From the NCBI GenBank assembly GCA_002633005.1, contig NMRA01000512.1, forward strand, positions 128,540 to 192,539: DNA of 64,000 nucleotides, written 5' to 3'. Shown piece after piece: positions 10,288 to 22,743 of this stretch. Position numbers and translations under genes: made by a program. The stretch comes from Phoronis australis (lineage: Eukaryota; Animalia; Phoronida). Under the pieces are notes generated by a model that saw only the letters and a list, made by a program, of their open reading frames with translations, was not told the origin of the DNA and ran no database searches. Position 1 is the stretch's first letter, and the number at the start of each line of letters is the position of its first letter.

Positions 10288-13200
10288 TTAGCCCATTTTA
10301 GTTTGTAATTCCTTTGCCCTTAATTTCTCCACCTTATTAATTTTTGCCTGAGACTTGCTACCAAGGATACCGCCACCCCAGTGCTTCTTGATCTGAAAGA
10401 ACAAAATTCCACATAACAACCAAATCACAGTTACTACGGCAGCTGTCAGAAGCTAACGACATTGAAGCCACAAACATAACTGTACTAAATATACTCACTT
10501 AACTCATTACTGCTATCAGGGTATTGTATGGAACATCAATTCACTAAACTGCGCACAAGACGGACACTGACCCCGTTTCACAGCATCCATTCCACAACCA
10601 TGCAGGGTGTAGACGATAAATCATTTCTAAAATCTTTTGATATGTTTACACGAGCCTCTACGTCAGTTACATTGGCATAATGCTTCACTTGGTCATTTTT
10701 TCAGCCATCTTCAGGTGTTACAAGCATTTTAGACACTATATACTACAACACAACTTGACAAACAGTTTTAGAGAGTCGAGACTTAACCAGCTCAGACATC
10801 CAAGGAAGGATTATGCCCTCATCAAGGCGAACCTCTCAAGTTGGAAACTGCGAATGAGTTATGGCAACAATTTCATCACAGCTGGTCACCCACCAACTGG
10901 AGCACAGCACCCCCTGGTGTATGGTTGCACTTACCTCGGCCTCACGCTCGTTAAAGTTTGTCTTGACGGCCTCAATTATCTTGTTCTGCGCTGACCTGTC
11001 CTCACTGAAAACAAACAACACGTTTACTTCCAGCTCAAACTTACAATTAGCGTACAGTGACCTATTGAGAATGTCAATGGAAAGTCAACAACTTCACAGA
11101 ACAGAAATCAGTGAAATAGCTGCCATTAAGTTTAACATCTACTTACGAGTTCACTTGAGTGAATGCAAGGCAAGTGGCAGTCTTCCTGCGGACAACTCGT
11201 CCCAGACGAGCTTTGCCTTTGACGATCGCGTAAGGCACGCCCATCTTTCTACAGAGGGCAGGCAAGTGGATGACAATCTGTAAACAAAAGCCGAGAAGTA
11301 TGGGAAACTGGTTTCGCCTACTCGCAAACTGTTGTATTACCAGCTAATGTACAGCAGTTTACTACTGCACTTCATGTCCAATATTTCACGCACACAGACA
11401 CACGAGTGACAGTCCTCCTTCAGATAGGTGCTCGCTCAGAATTAAAAAGCTCTTTGAAGTCTACACAGACTGTTCAGGTGAAGAAATTCATTTACCATCA
11501 TTGCAAGCCACCAACTTCACTCGTTGTCCCAACAAGACTTAAGGTGTTAAGAACTAGTGGACACTTTGTTCGGAACAAACTAGCACGCGAATAAATTATA
11601 CCGGTTTTCCATCAAAAGAGATCGCGTGTAGAATTCAGGGACAAGGCAGTGATTACGAAAATACCACAAGTTGCATTAATGGTTATTAGGTAACACTTCA
11701 TTAATTTCTACTTGGCTCAGCCCACGAGCACAAGTCGGATCACAGCTCAAACCGAACAAAGTTCGCCACAATGAAATCTTAGTTTGGCTACATGCTATTG
11801 AGTTTCACAGTGCATCAAATTATCTCATAAGATTGTAATCTTCCAGCCTCCAGATGGTCACACTTCAGTGGATTAAAAAGCTGCAACACTAAAGCCTATG
11901 ACTACACTCACCTCCACAGGGTCGACGTCGTGGGCAATACAGACAAGGGTAGCCTTCTTCTGCTCCACCAGCCGAGTGACCGTGTTGACACCCGAGCGCA
12001 CCATAGGGACCCTCTTGGTAGGCTGGTCATCGCCACCTTTCACCCTCTTTTCAGCACGCTCCTGAAGACGAGCCTTCCTAGCCTGCTTGGTCTCGGGCCT
12101 GTACTTGTCCATGAGTTTGAACAGCTGGGTAGCTAGAATGAACAGTGGATAAGGGGGTACGGTCGCAATTAATGATACATGTAGCTTGCAGGGCTTGGAA
12201 TGAACAATGACAAAAAAGCGGAAATTTTTACGGCCCAAAACATGCGCGCACCCAGCCTTGAAATAGTCCACGTGGACCTTTAGCCGACAAAAAGTGGGAG
12301 GACTAAAAAAAAAAGCGGTACCACCTCCAGAAGCGTGCGTCTGCGTCTTTAGCTCGTCCGCCCTCCCACCTCCACACATTTTTGGCTGCAGAGTCGTAGT
12401 ATTTGTCACCGCGGTTTACAATCACACGACACACCATAGAAGAAATCCACCATGCTATCCCAGATGCCCCGGCAATGCTGACAATTTACGTTCCTCCAAA
12501 ACATCAAGAGCAACTTCCGCTTTTCAAGGTGCTGAAAGTTGTCAGCAACGCGGCGGAAGTTTTATATCAAATCCGATTTTTTAACGGGGAAATATAATAA
12601 AATACGCGGACAAAACATTTGAAAAAGCAATCTGCGTTTCCGCGGAAAATTCCAAGCCTTGAGCTTGAACATCTGGGTGGCTACTTTCAAAAGGAGGTGC
12701 TTTCGCACATCTAATTTGGCGTGCATTAATTTTTAAAGAGATAAGCAATGTTTTACATTCAATGCGGTCATGAGACTTAGCTGGATTATGAAAGAAAATC
12801 ATAACCTCAATAGCAAGAAATCTGAACTGAAATAACGACCATTTAAAAATACACAACAGACAGTTCCCCTCTAATGCTCATTAAGATGTGACCCTTGACC
12901 CCATGCAACTTGGTTCCATTCAACTATGCCAGCCAATGCCAAATCGTGTCCACAACGGTTGCTTGTAAAGGAGTCGGGAAGAAAATGCATTACCAGGTCA
13001 GGATTGTACAGAATCCATGGCAAATATTATAAACAGACCACACCAATCTGACCATGCCAGGGTGAAAAGCGCACGCTATTTTAAATCATTGAGCTTAGCA
13101 ACTATCAAGTCTCACCCGTCTGCCTGTCCAGGGCACTCTTGAACTGGTTGATGGAGGGTGGCACTTTGAGTCGCTGGTAGAGAACAGCCTTCTGCCGCTG

Positions 13201-16200
13201 AAGCCGGATGTACTTGGGCCATCGCACGAAGCGACTCAGATCACGCTTGGGCTGGATGTCTTGGCCTGAATGAACACAAGAATGAACAAAAACATAAACT
13301 AGTATCAAGGTGTTTAGGTAATGTTCCTCATTCAATCACGTACAAAATCACGCAGCCATTCTTGAGAATCACGGAATTATTTGCTGCTTCAAAAATGCTG
13401 GTCAGAGATACTAGGAGCACCTGACCTGGGTGTACGAATATCATTACAATCATTTTCAATCAATAACCAAGGGTAGTCTTTAGCTCAGACATCCAAGGAA
13501 GGATTATGCCCTCATCAAGGCAGGGACCTCTCGAGTTGGAAACTGCGAATGAGTTATGGCAAGAATTTCATCATAGCTAACGACTACGCACTAATCTACG
13601 TTTCTTACACAAAATGACATAATCAGTTTGGTTCACTTCAGTCGAGACTGAAAGACAATGAAATGAGATTGAACTCAAAGAAGTTGGATGTTATGGCGCC
13701 CTGATTTCAAGACTTTATGTGAAGACCAGCACATAGTGTGTAACCTCCATGCTAAAACATGAAGTTTGAAAGTTAAGTTCCAATCAAATGCTGTTGCGAT
13801 ACACTCAGAAGCAACAATACTCAGTTTCAAATCATAACCTACTAAAAAGATAAGTGAAATAAAAACTCAGTGGATCATGCTAATGGATAGCGGTTGGCAT
13901 AGTTGGTTTCTCCCCAATGGATCATGCCGAACCGCTGCCCAAAACATCCCACTATCTTGCACCAATTCCTGCTCCACATTGACGTTGAAAGATGATGCCA
14001 CTATGACAAAATGCGTATTCCTTTTCTTGTTTTGCGAAGTCAAATCAACAAGTTTTCATCAGTCAACAATTCACAAACCAACTTCGAGCGACCAATCACA
14101 GAAAGGGCAAACAACAGAGAACATCCTGGTCAGGACACGTGCCCTTGGTTGAACTTTTACCACTTCTGTTACCTTACTTTTATTTCAATTTTCAACGATC
14201 TGGCGCTTCAAAACGCCGAAAATTAGTTTTTAACAAGTAACCGATTTTTAACAGTTCAGAACCCCATACGAATTGATTTTCAGGCCTTAAAATAATAGAC
14301 TGTGTAAAACTGTCGGAGTTGACGTCGTTGCAAAACCTCACAATACGAACTTACACTTTTGTGAAGAGTTTTAAATCCTATACAAGGAGACTGAACTTTT
14401 TGGAGACTAAAGATTTCTTAGGAAAATTAGGTCAATTTTTATTCATTGCACATGTTCAGTGCATTTTTCCAATAAAGGGAAATCTAACTTTCCATGGTGT
14501 AGACATTCCAAAATGTCCATGAATTTTGTTCTTCCCATCCAGTATAAATTTTCTGTTGTGGAAACACATACCAACCGCTCACAAAAAGCAAGTGTGCATG
14601 ACATTAAAATTCTATCACAGAACAAAAGAATCTGTCGCTTAGACAGAAACGCATAAATTACCACTTCACCACGACTGACAAGTTTGTGAGCGTACCTATG
14701 CCGAAGTTCTTGGGCCTCTTCTCAAACAATGGGTTGACCACTTTCTTGGTTTCGGTCTTCCTGGTGGCCAGGGGGGCAGCTGCCACCTTCTTCTTACCCT
14801 TCTTTGGCTTGGGCTGCAACACAAATGTATATACATTAGATTATGGCTTGGGCTGCAACACAAATGTGTATACATTAGATTATGGCTTGGGCTGCAACAC
14901 AAATGTGTACATTAGATTATGGCTTCGGCTGAAACACAAATGTATACATTAGACTATGTCTATGGCTGGGGCTGCAACATAAAGATATACATTAGATAAT
15001 AAGCTTGACAGGAACCTGACAGTGCCTATGAACTAGGGGAGCCATCCTTAGTCTGACTGTGGACACGTTACTGAAAACCTGACGCTGCTTTTTTGAAAAC
15101 GAAACGTTGAAAGCTTTGTTGTCGATGACAAGACTTTTGTTACTAATGGAAAATCAAAGTGACACAGAAACAGTTCATAGAATTGTTTCACTTAAAAAGC
15201 AAGGGGAGTTACCGAAGAGCCCTGGATTTTTCATGAACCCTCGCCAATCTAAGCCCAACATAGGCAATGACCATCGCCTCTGTTGGCCCGAACCAGAGGC
15301 GATGCAGAGGCTATAGGCGCTCTGTACGCCGGAAGCTTTTCGGCGAATTATGCCTCGCACCGACTAAACCATCAAAGTCACGTTGTTATAAATACCTTTT
15401 GCGCATAGAAGAACACCTGAGGAGGTTTTCGATGTGTTTCATTCCTTCCAACTCAAACAAATACTTTCATTATCAAACTTTTTCTTCGAGCAGTCCCTAT
15501 TTCAGTTCCCAATATCGTGAAATCAAAATTTTCATTATTTTTAACCAGGCCGAAGGTCAGAAGTTGCGGTCCTACCGACGAACTTTGAAAGCTGAAGTTC
15601 CCGCCCTTTGCGTACGTGCTGCCGGGAACCAGCCGTGCATTTGCCGTGTTGTTAAACATCAAAATGTCAAATATGTGCACAAAAAAGCCTATTAAATGTA
15701 GTATCAACAGCATTTATTTTTATCAAATACAAACAATAATTCATTGAAATACAATCAGTTTCAAGTAACGCCAATTAAAGACAGTGGCATTTTGGAAACG
15801 AACACTTGACTGACAAGATCGCAATGGCTCACCTTTGGCCTATTTAAAGATTGAGTTCATGAAGTCACATCACCTAGCGAGCGCGGTACTAAAAATTGGA
15901 GCGTGCGCAGAAAAAAATGTTGAGTTCACGATTTTGGGAACTGAAATAGGGACTGCTCGAAGAAAAAGTTTCATAACCGGAGTATTTGTTCGAGTTGGAA
16001 GGAATTAAACACATCGACAACCTCCTAAGGTGTTCCTCTATGCGCAAAAGGTATTTATAACAACGTGACTTTGATGGTTTAGTCGGTGCGAGGCATAATT
16101 CGCCGAAAAGTTTCCGGCGTACAGAGTGCCTATAGTCTCTGCATCGCCTCTGGTTCGGCCCGACAGAGGCGATGGTCATTGCCTAGGGGCACTGCGTCTT

Positions 16201-16747
16201 CATTTCGTAGCAGGTAGTTAAAATATGCGAATTTGTGGTTAATTGATCCGCTTCGTAGACATTGGGAGGGGTGAAATTGTGCACCACTCGAATTCTAAGA
16301 CAAGTTTCACTTCATTTGTATACTTGATATGGTGTACTAGGGACGACTCGCACAGAAACACGCATTTTCTCAACCCATCAATATAGTTATGGCACATTTT
16401 GGCAACGGGTTTATTATCCACAAAAAGCAAAAAATAGATCAGTATCATGAGTATTTACAATGAAACTGTATAAACATACAAAATAGCTATCGATACCAAC
16501 GGAATAAACCAAGATGTCTTAGATAATTAACGATTGTTGCAAGTCCATTACTCTATGTTTCTCACCATTTTGATGGCAAACCGGAAAAGGAATTGGCAAG
16601 GAACTATGGGTATAACATTCTCGTGAAAAAACGCGATAACCAACATGTCTGCCACCTATTCGTGAACGAATGATCCGCCAATAAACAGGTTTGTTTTGGA
16701 TGGAATACCTCTCTCATGATAGAATTTTAGTAAAGTTAACTTACCAT
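10288..16747 (-). CDS. RPL7A: 60S ribosomal protein L7a (eL8)
   Basis: Coding exons: ATG 16745-16747 (exon end), 14696-14813 ([27 protein letters not shown]), 13116-13265 ([26 protein letters not shown]), 11912-12132 (..[16 protein letters not shown]), 11147-11277, 10935-11004, 10288-10392 ([14 protein letters not shown]). All GT/AG and in phase; AATAAA at 10271-10276. Confidence 0.97.
10786..10886 (-). ncRNA. SNORD14: box C/D snoRNA U14 (copy 3) in last RPL7A intron
   Basis: Minus strand: GTGATGA...CATTCGCAGTTTCC...CCTTCCTTGGATGTCTGA, stem ACCAGC/GCTGGT. Confidence 0.93.
11430..11508 (-). ncRNA. SNORD36: box C/D snoRNA U36/snR47 (dual guide) in RPL7A intron
   Basis: Minus strand: GCTTGCA ATGATGG..GAATTTCTTCAC-CTGA..GAGCTTTTTAATT-CTGA GCGAGC; both the 28S and 18S U36 guides are present. 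Confidence 0.92.
13480..13580 (-). ncRNA. SNORD14: box C/D snoRNA U14 (copy 4) in RPL7A intron
   Basis: Reverse complement is identical to positions 5-105 over ~101 nt. Confidence 0.95.
14806..14998. repeat. 39-bp tandem repeat x~5 containing the RPL7A splice acceptor
   Basis: Unit GGCTTGGGCTGCAACACAAATGTRTATACATTAGATTAT; the first unit overlaps the exon start at 14813. Confidence 0.9.
15261..16185. mobile_element. non-autonomous foldback/MITE-like DNA transposon with ~260-bp inverted arms
   Basis: 15261-~15521 is the reverse complement of ~15924-16185 (TAGGCAATGACC...GGTCATTGCCTA); terminal TA could be the target duplication. Older diverged inverted pieces of the same family at ~18317-18400 and ~19890-20040. 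Confidence 0.8.
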
Positions 16748-17059
16748 GTCTTGAATAACGCTCCTTGGTGCAATACTACGCTGTAAATCATGAATGTGAT
16801 TCAAAATTTAGGCACTATTACCTGACTTTTGAAAACCCCTGGCTCTGCCAGAGCCAGAGCCTCTGGCTTTGGCTTTGCCTTTGCCAGGCTTTGCCTTTGG
16901 CTTTGGAGGCTTTGGCCGGTAGGCAACACGTAGTCGTAGCCGTAGGCGTGGGCAATTACATCGCCCTGGAAACAGGGCCGATATTAAATCCCCACAAAAA
17001 GTTACTCAAAATACAGCTTACAAAATCAAATGAACCATACATATAGGAACATGGAGTTA

Positions 17060-17380
17060 TAATTAACACGTGACTCTGGATACAATTTAGTCCGCAAAAC
17101 AAATTGATGAAAATCTGTCGTGGTTTGCTCGAGTTTCTCTTACCGGGTGCTATTTTGAGGAAGTAACGTGAAATCTCGCATGTTGTCGAATAAAAAGTCC
17201 AAGGGCAAGGGACACTAATACCTTGTCATGCTATTTTGCAAGTGTCACCCGCTAGTGTCACGGGCTCCACTCTCAGTCTCTCGGTAACCTTTGCCTAACT
17301 CACGTGACTCAATTGACCTACTCCGGTTGCCTTGCCTTGGCGCAAAGCTGTATACTAAAGATACAGCTTTGCGGGTAGAA
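17060..17380. promoter_or_regulatory. probable RPL7A (and possibly shared RPL7A/MED22) promoter
   Basis: Minus-strand pyrimidine start CTTCCTC (17157-17163, 5'TOP-like) followed by donor GTAAGA at 17143; CACGTGAC E-boxes near 17067 and 17301; 13-bp perfect hairpin 17341-17373. Confidence 0.55.
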
Positions 17381-18644
17381 AACTGACCAAATAAATTCTG
17401 ACAAAAAATTAGTGTCACTGAAAACTACACTCTCGCGGAGTAAATTCAATTATTTACTGATTTTGTAAAAATTATCATTCTACCCTTATTCTGCCGCTAA
17501 GTTTGTGGAGTGATATTTTGAGCTGGTATTTGGCACCATGAAATATTATTCACCTATTAATCATTCTCGTTTTTCACGGATTATTCAAGCAACTGTTCTT
17601 CTACGAAGTTGCATACTAGAACATGTCACAACAAATTATCAGAACTGATTTCGTTTCCTTTCAAGTTTTTAATATTTTATTACCAGCAAACCGAATTTTG
17701 AAACAATACCGTACGTGCTGCTGCGAAGCTGTCTTCATCTCACGAGAGATGTCGCAAAACTTTAGGAAATGGCGTGTGCACGTGTCACGAGTGTACTGTT
17801 TTCAAAACGACTACATTCTTTGTTACAAAAGTTGGAGGATTACGTAAGAAAATGATGTTTGTTTGATTGTTTTTTACTTACATGACTGTAACGAGCAAGG
17901 GGAGTGTCATTTGACTCCCAGAATTTGTATGCACCCCTGTCGGTTTTTACCTTAGCTCTACATGTTGATACAAGTTTCATGCCGAGGTGATGAGTAGAAC
18001 TACCCGGGCTGTGTGCTATTTCGAAGCATTTTTGCGCTGAACACACAGTGGTACCTACCTGTTTTTGATGGTAGTCTTCATACAGCTAGCTGGCTGCCCA
18101 GAGCTAGATGCTAAAGTCTGTTTGTCTGGTAGTGGTAGTCCACTGGCTGTCAACGGTGAAGCTCCTATAAGAGCGAATTTTGTGTTGTATTCCTACAGGC
18201 TCTCTAGCTAGAGTTCTAGAAGTGCACACCAGTTAAAACACAACTACCCAAGCTTGAATAAATCCCAGTCTATATGCTCATCCTTGGAACGAATGATGTT
18301 GACGATTATAGAGGGACACCTTAGGATGTATTCAATTCCTTCCAACTCGAACAAATACTCCCATAATCAATTTTTTTCTAATAGTCCTTCGTTCAGTAGC
18401 TCAAATCTGCAACTTCTTATTTTTAACACTGCATGCACCAGAAGATATGGTGTCATATCTCCCTGGAACAAATTTTTCAATGCATTTGCAGTTTTCCTAA
18501 ACATGTCAAGGGAATTTGATTTGGTTAGTACTGACATGTTGAACAAGAATTTTCTTCCCATTCCTTTGGTTTACGTCCATTTCTCCATTCGGTGAAAATC
18601 CCTGTGGTAGCGCTTCATCTCTGTTTCAAAAGGTGAGTATTGCC

Positions 18645-18911
18645 CATAGGCGGATTTGGGGGGGGGGCGAGGGGGCCCGGGCCCCCACCTTAGCTGCCGT
18701 AAGCAAAATGGAACAGCAACAGCGTGGAGCGTGAGGGAATATTTCCTCGGATCGCGTCGTTCCCGTTTTTTTGTTTTTTTTATCCATCGGTAGATTTTCT
18801 GAATAGAAGGTCCACATACTTCACAACTTCGGTCCTGCGCTGCACATACAATCGCGCTTTGCCCAGTACAACATGTTGGGCCCCCCTTATGGTATCCTAG
18901 ATCCGCCACTG
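18645..18911. mobile_element. small MITE with CAGTGGCGGATC-type ends
   Basis: Imperfect TIRs CATAGGCGGATTTGG / CTAGATCCGCCACTG, flanked by TTGCC on both sides; a related end occurs at ~30354. Confidence 0.6.
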
Positions 18912-18983
18912 TTGCCTATGCCTCTCACTCTGGATGCTTTGGGGCAGCATTGGCTCTTTAAGCTCCAAAAATCTGAGACAGTG

Positions 18984-19462
18984 CAGGCCTTTATGCAGAG
19001 TATGTCCTGGGTGTCCAAATGGATGACCTAGCACTAATGTGGACAGCCTGGCAAGGACGTCCAATGTATCACTTGGAGCCAATATCAATAGGAACCTTTC
19101 AAGTTTGAACACACACATTGTAATGATTACTAGGAAGCCTTTGAAGACTCACGGTGGTGGCTTTTTTCAAAGCAAGAAGACATATACAATGTATATACAA
19201 AGTATATATACAATGTTACTATGCTCAGACTTGGTTGATAGCATTGTAAAATTTTTTTAGTAAAAATGCTCACTACAGAAGGCTGTTTTGTAAACGTAGA
19301 TGTAAAAACATTTGTCTATATATGCATTTTTTTGTAAAAAAATCTGTGTGTTTGGGGGGATTGCTGTGGGTGGGGGGATTACGCGTCGGAATCATGGACA
19401 CCCTGGAATATTGGCAACCCCATTTTGGACACCCTATTTTCGAAATCCTGGATGAAGGCCTG
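18984..19462. mobile_element. hAT-type MITE (copy 1)
   Basis: TIRs CAGGCCTTTATGCAG / CTGGATGAAGGCCTG; 8-bp TSD AGACAGTG; homologous to 58270-58750. Confidence 0.9.
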
Positions 19463-20783
19463 AGACAGTGTCGTGCCTCTCGGGTAGTGCACTACCCTTT
19501 GAGACGGTAATGTAGTATGTCTGAAGCTTTTTGTAAATAACAAGTCTTCCTAGCTTAACCACTAAAGTCACATTGCCATGACTACCCTTCGAGCCTCTGG
19601 GCCCTCGGGACACTTTTGGAAGTTCTCAACATCTTAAAAGCCTTCCAGTTGGACAAATCTTCAACAATCAAAAGGTCCTGTCGTTCACCAACAAAATTGT
19701 TGCCCTGCATAGTGGCGATACTGGTGGTCAAGTATCGAACACTAAAAAGACACGATCGCCAAGATTACTAGCGTCGAGTGTTGGCAATCTTGGCAGTCAA
19801 GGCACGCAACCCTGATATGATTGTAATGTGTTCTTGCAATACTATAGACATGCACCCTGCTGCTCATGATTTCACTGAGAAATGAATGGACATTTTGGAA
19901 GAAGTTTTGGTTGCTGGCAGGAGTATTTGTTGAAGTTGGAAGAATTTAATGATGTTGACTGCCTCCAAATGTGTCGCTTTATGCTTGAAAAGTGTTTATA
20001 ACGACACGGCTGGCGATTTAGCCAGTACGAGGCATAATTGGATAAAAATATTTAAGTAAACAACTGATGAGGACTTTGAGCTGCTTGGCATTGTTCAGTA
20101 ACCAGTCAAGTGAGACTTGAACATGACTTTCAAACCATCTTGTGTTACAGCATTAACAGTGATTCTAACTATGACAGTGGTTTATATTTGGGATATTTTA
20201 ATGAATGGGGGATTTTGAGATCAAAATATTTGTTTGTTGTCGAAAAATGTGAGGATTTTGTGGGTGTCCATGGTGATGAAATTAGGGTATTTGAAATTTT
20301 CTTGTTCTGTCAGACATTATGTCTGCATTATAACTCTTTTTAAACTGGACTATCACAGCTGAGTAGCGCATTGTGTCTTTTGAAGCAATTCAACAAGGAG
20401 AACAAAAATACAAGTGGTTTGTAAGCCATTACCTTTTAAGGAGCACTCGGATTTCATTGGTAGTGATTTTGAATTATTTTTTTATGCAGTGTATTTTCTT
20501 AGTCACCAAGGCTTTCAGACAAACGTTGTTGAAAAGTTGACCGAGTAAAGTCACTATACTGGGGCCACTGCACTTGATTCTGTAAGCATTGGAAATACTA
20601 GCCATCAAAGTCCCTGTGTGAAACAATGTCTCAAGTCTTCATTTTTGTCAACAGATGTCACCTTTGTTCAAAGGAAAAATGTTCTTATCATGCTTCCCCT
20701 TTTCTCCTACAACCTCACCATGTCACAAACTCGACCATCCACCAGGGTCCTGTACCCATACCTATATCTCCCACAGGCTCACC

Positions 20784-22711
20784 ATGTCACAGACACAACC
20801 ATCCACCAGGGTTCTCTCCCAGAACCAAGAGGCTCTGCTGAAGACATACCAGAAACAACTGAAGGATGACATAAAGTCCATGGTGGATAATTTTATAGAG
20901 ATAATCAGGATGAATAAGGTACACATATTATCTTTTTGGAATTAGGTCAAAAGGTCAACAATTTAGAGAGTATTGTGGTGGACTGGTGAAATTTCATTTT
21001 CTCATGTTTTTCATACAGTTCCAGGATGACGCTTTGCCATATATAAGTTCTCTACTGTGACAGTGTTAGAAGCCCTTGAGAAATGAAGATAAGGCGATTT
21101 TGGCGATTAATTATGTACGTCATTGGCGGGATTTTACCAAAAAGTTCCTCTTTTACAGTAAAATAGTTTTTGTGATTCTTGTGAAAAAAGTGCAAAGTTG
21201 CATAATACAAAAACAAAATGATCAACTAGAAATTAAACTGTAACAGCGTTTTTGAGATTTGATCTTGAGAATTTATGCATACCTTTGTTTTTTGTGAATA
21301 TACCTTTCTTTTTATTATGTTTACTAAAAAGACATGAACCTTTGACCCAATTAATGGCAGGTTGATGTAATTATAGCTAAACAACAAAATTCCTCGGGTT
21401 TCGTACTTTCACAAGAAAAAATCTGTTGTTCTGGAGATATTTGGCTAAATACGTCCTATGTACGTTGATCCATGTTATGTGGTTGAAATGGCGAGTTTGA
21501 AAGCTGCTGTTACAAGTGTGGCCTACCTGTGTCAAGTTTGAAAATCATCTGCTATGATTTTGAGCTTGAAGCAGATGAGTATTTTTTTCAGCCAAGCAAA
21601 CGTCTTGACACCAGTTCTGTTTACTGGTCGTCTTAAGCATTTTACAAACCCTCCAGACCATGGACGCTTACTTTTGAATCCGAATTTTGAAATTCCTGTC
21701 GAGTTTGAATTGGAGAACTCTGCTCTATGTGTTTGATTGAAGTAAATCTTTAAATTGTTTCATGAATTTATGTCAACCATTTTTATGAATTCATAGTGTA
21801 ATGTGATGAAAATGGTTGTAATTTAGAATTCATATTGTTGGTTTGTCTTAAAGCATGCCAGGTTTATCGTCTATGATATTTTGTGTCATTTCTTATCACT
21901 GAGCCATGATAGATAATGAAGAGTTTAATCATGAATGATTCTGTGAAAGATGATCAAGCTGATTCGATACTGATGATCATTTTTCATTAGTCCGGGGTTT
22001 TGTTAGGGAGCACGCATCAGTCCCTTGATATTATGCAATAACCAAACCGTGGACAACAATAACATATTTTCCTCAGTCAGTAATGTTGATGTTTCCTGTC
22101 TTGTTCGTGTTGTGATTAAGTTAATCCGAACATGCAGGGTATCTCCTGGTCACGCACTGGGCTCTCTGAAAGTGCTGCTTCTGCTGTGTGTTTGTTGTCA
22201 TCAAATATGGTGACGGTAAAATCTCTGCAATTCATCACACAATATGGCGGACAAGTGAAATTTTATTAATATGCTGATTTTTCGTAAAAGTTATGATGGC
22301 CCAAAATTTTTGGTTTACCATATTCATGTTTTATATCACCTGGCAATATTTTTTTAAAACGTGGGTGTTCGCAGCAAGGCTTACTTATACAATGTCAGTT
22401 TTTAGCCGTAAAACATTTAGAAATAAAACATTTTCACGAGAACATTTCATGTATTGATATAGTGATCCAGAGGCACATGTGCAAACATTTCTTTATACAT
22501 AGCCATTGAAGATTTCTTGTAAAAATCATAATAAATAAAACTCGTGACATCTTTGTCAGAATTTTTAATTAAACTAATAAATTTTAATATATTGGGATTT
22601 TTGTTATAGTTTGCCTGTATAAATGTTTAACTTAAGTAATAATATGCTGAGCAGATTAGTACAAAATGATAATCATCTTTGAGAAAGCAATTTTGACAAA
22701 AAGGCACACAA

Positions 22712-22743
<32 letters not shown>

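Noticed and set aside
13878-13942. Hairpin GGATAGCGGTTGGCAT/ATGCCGAACCGCTGCC as a miRNA or snoRNA in RPL7A intron
   Set aside because: No boxes at proper spacing and no recognisable miRNA seed family; unsupported without expression data.
15267-16179. Paired near-identical ORFs [13 protein letters not shown] on both strands
   Set aside because: Inverted arms of a non-coding transposon; no recognisable domain.
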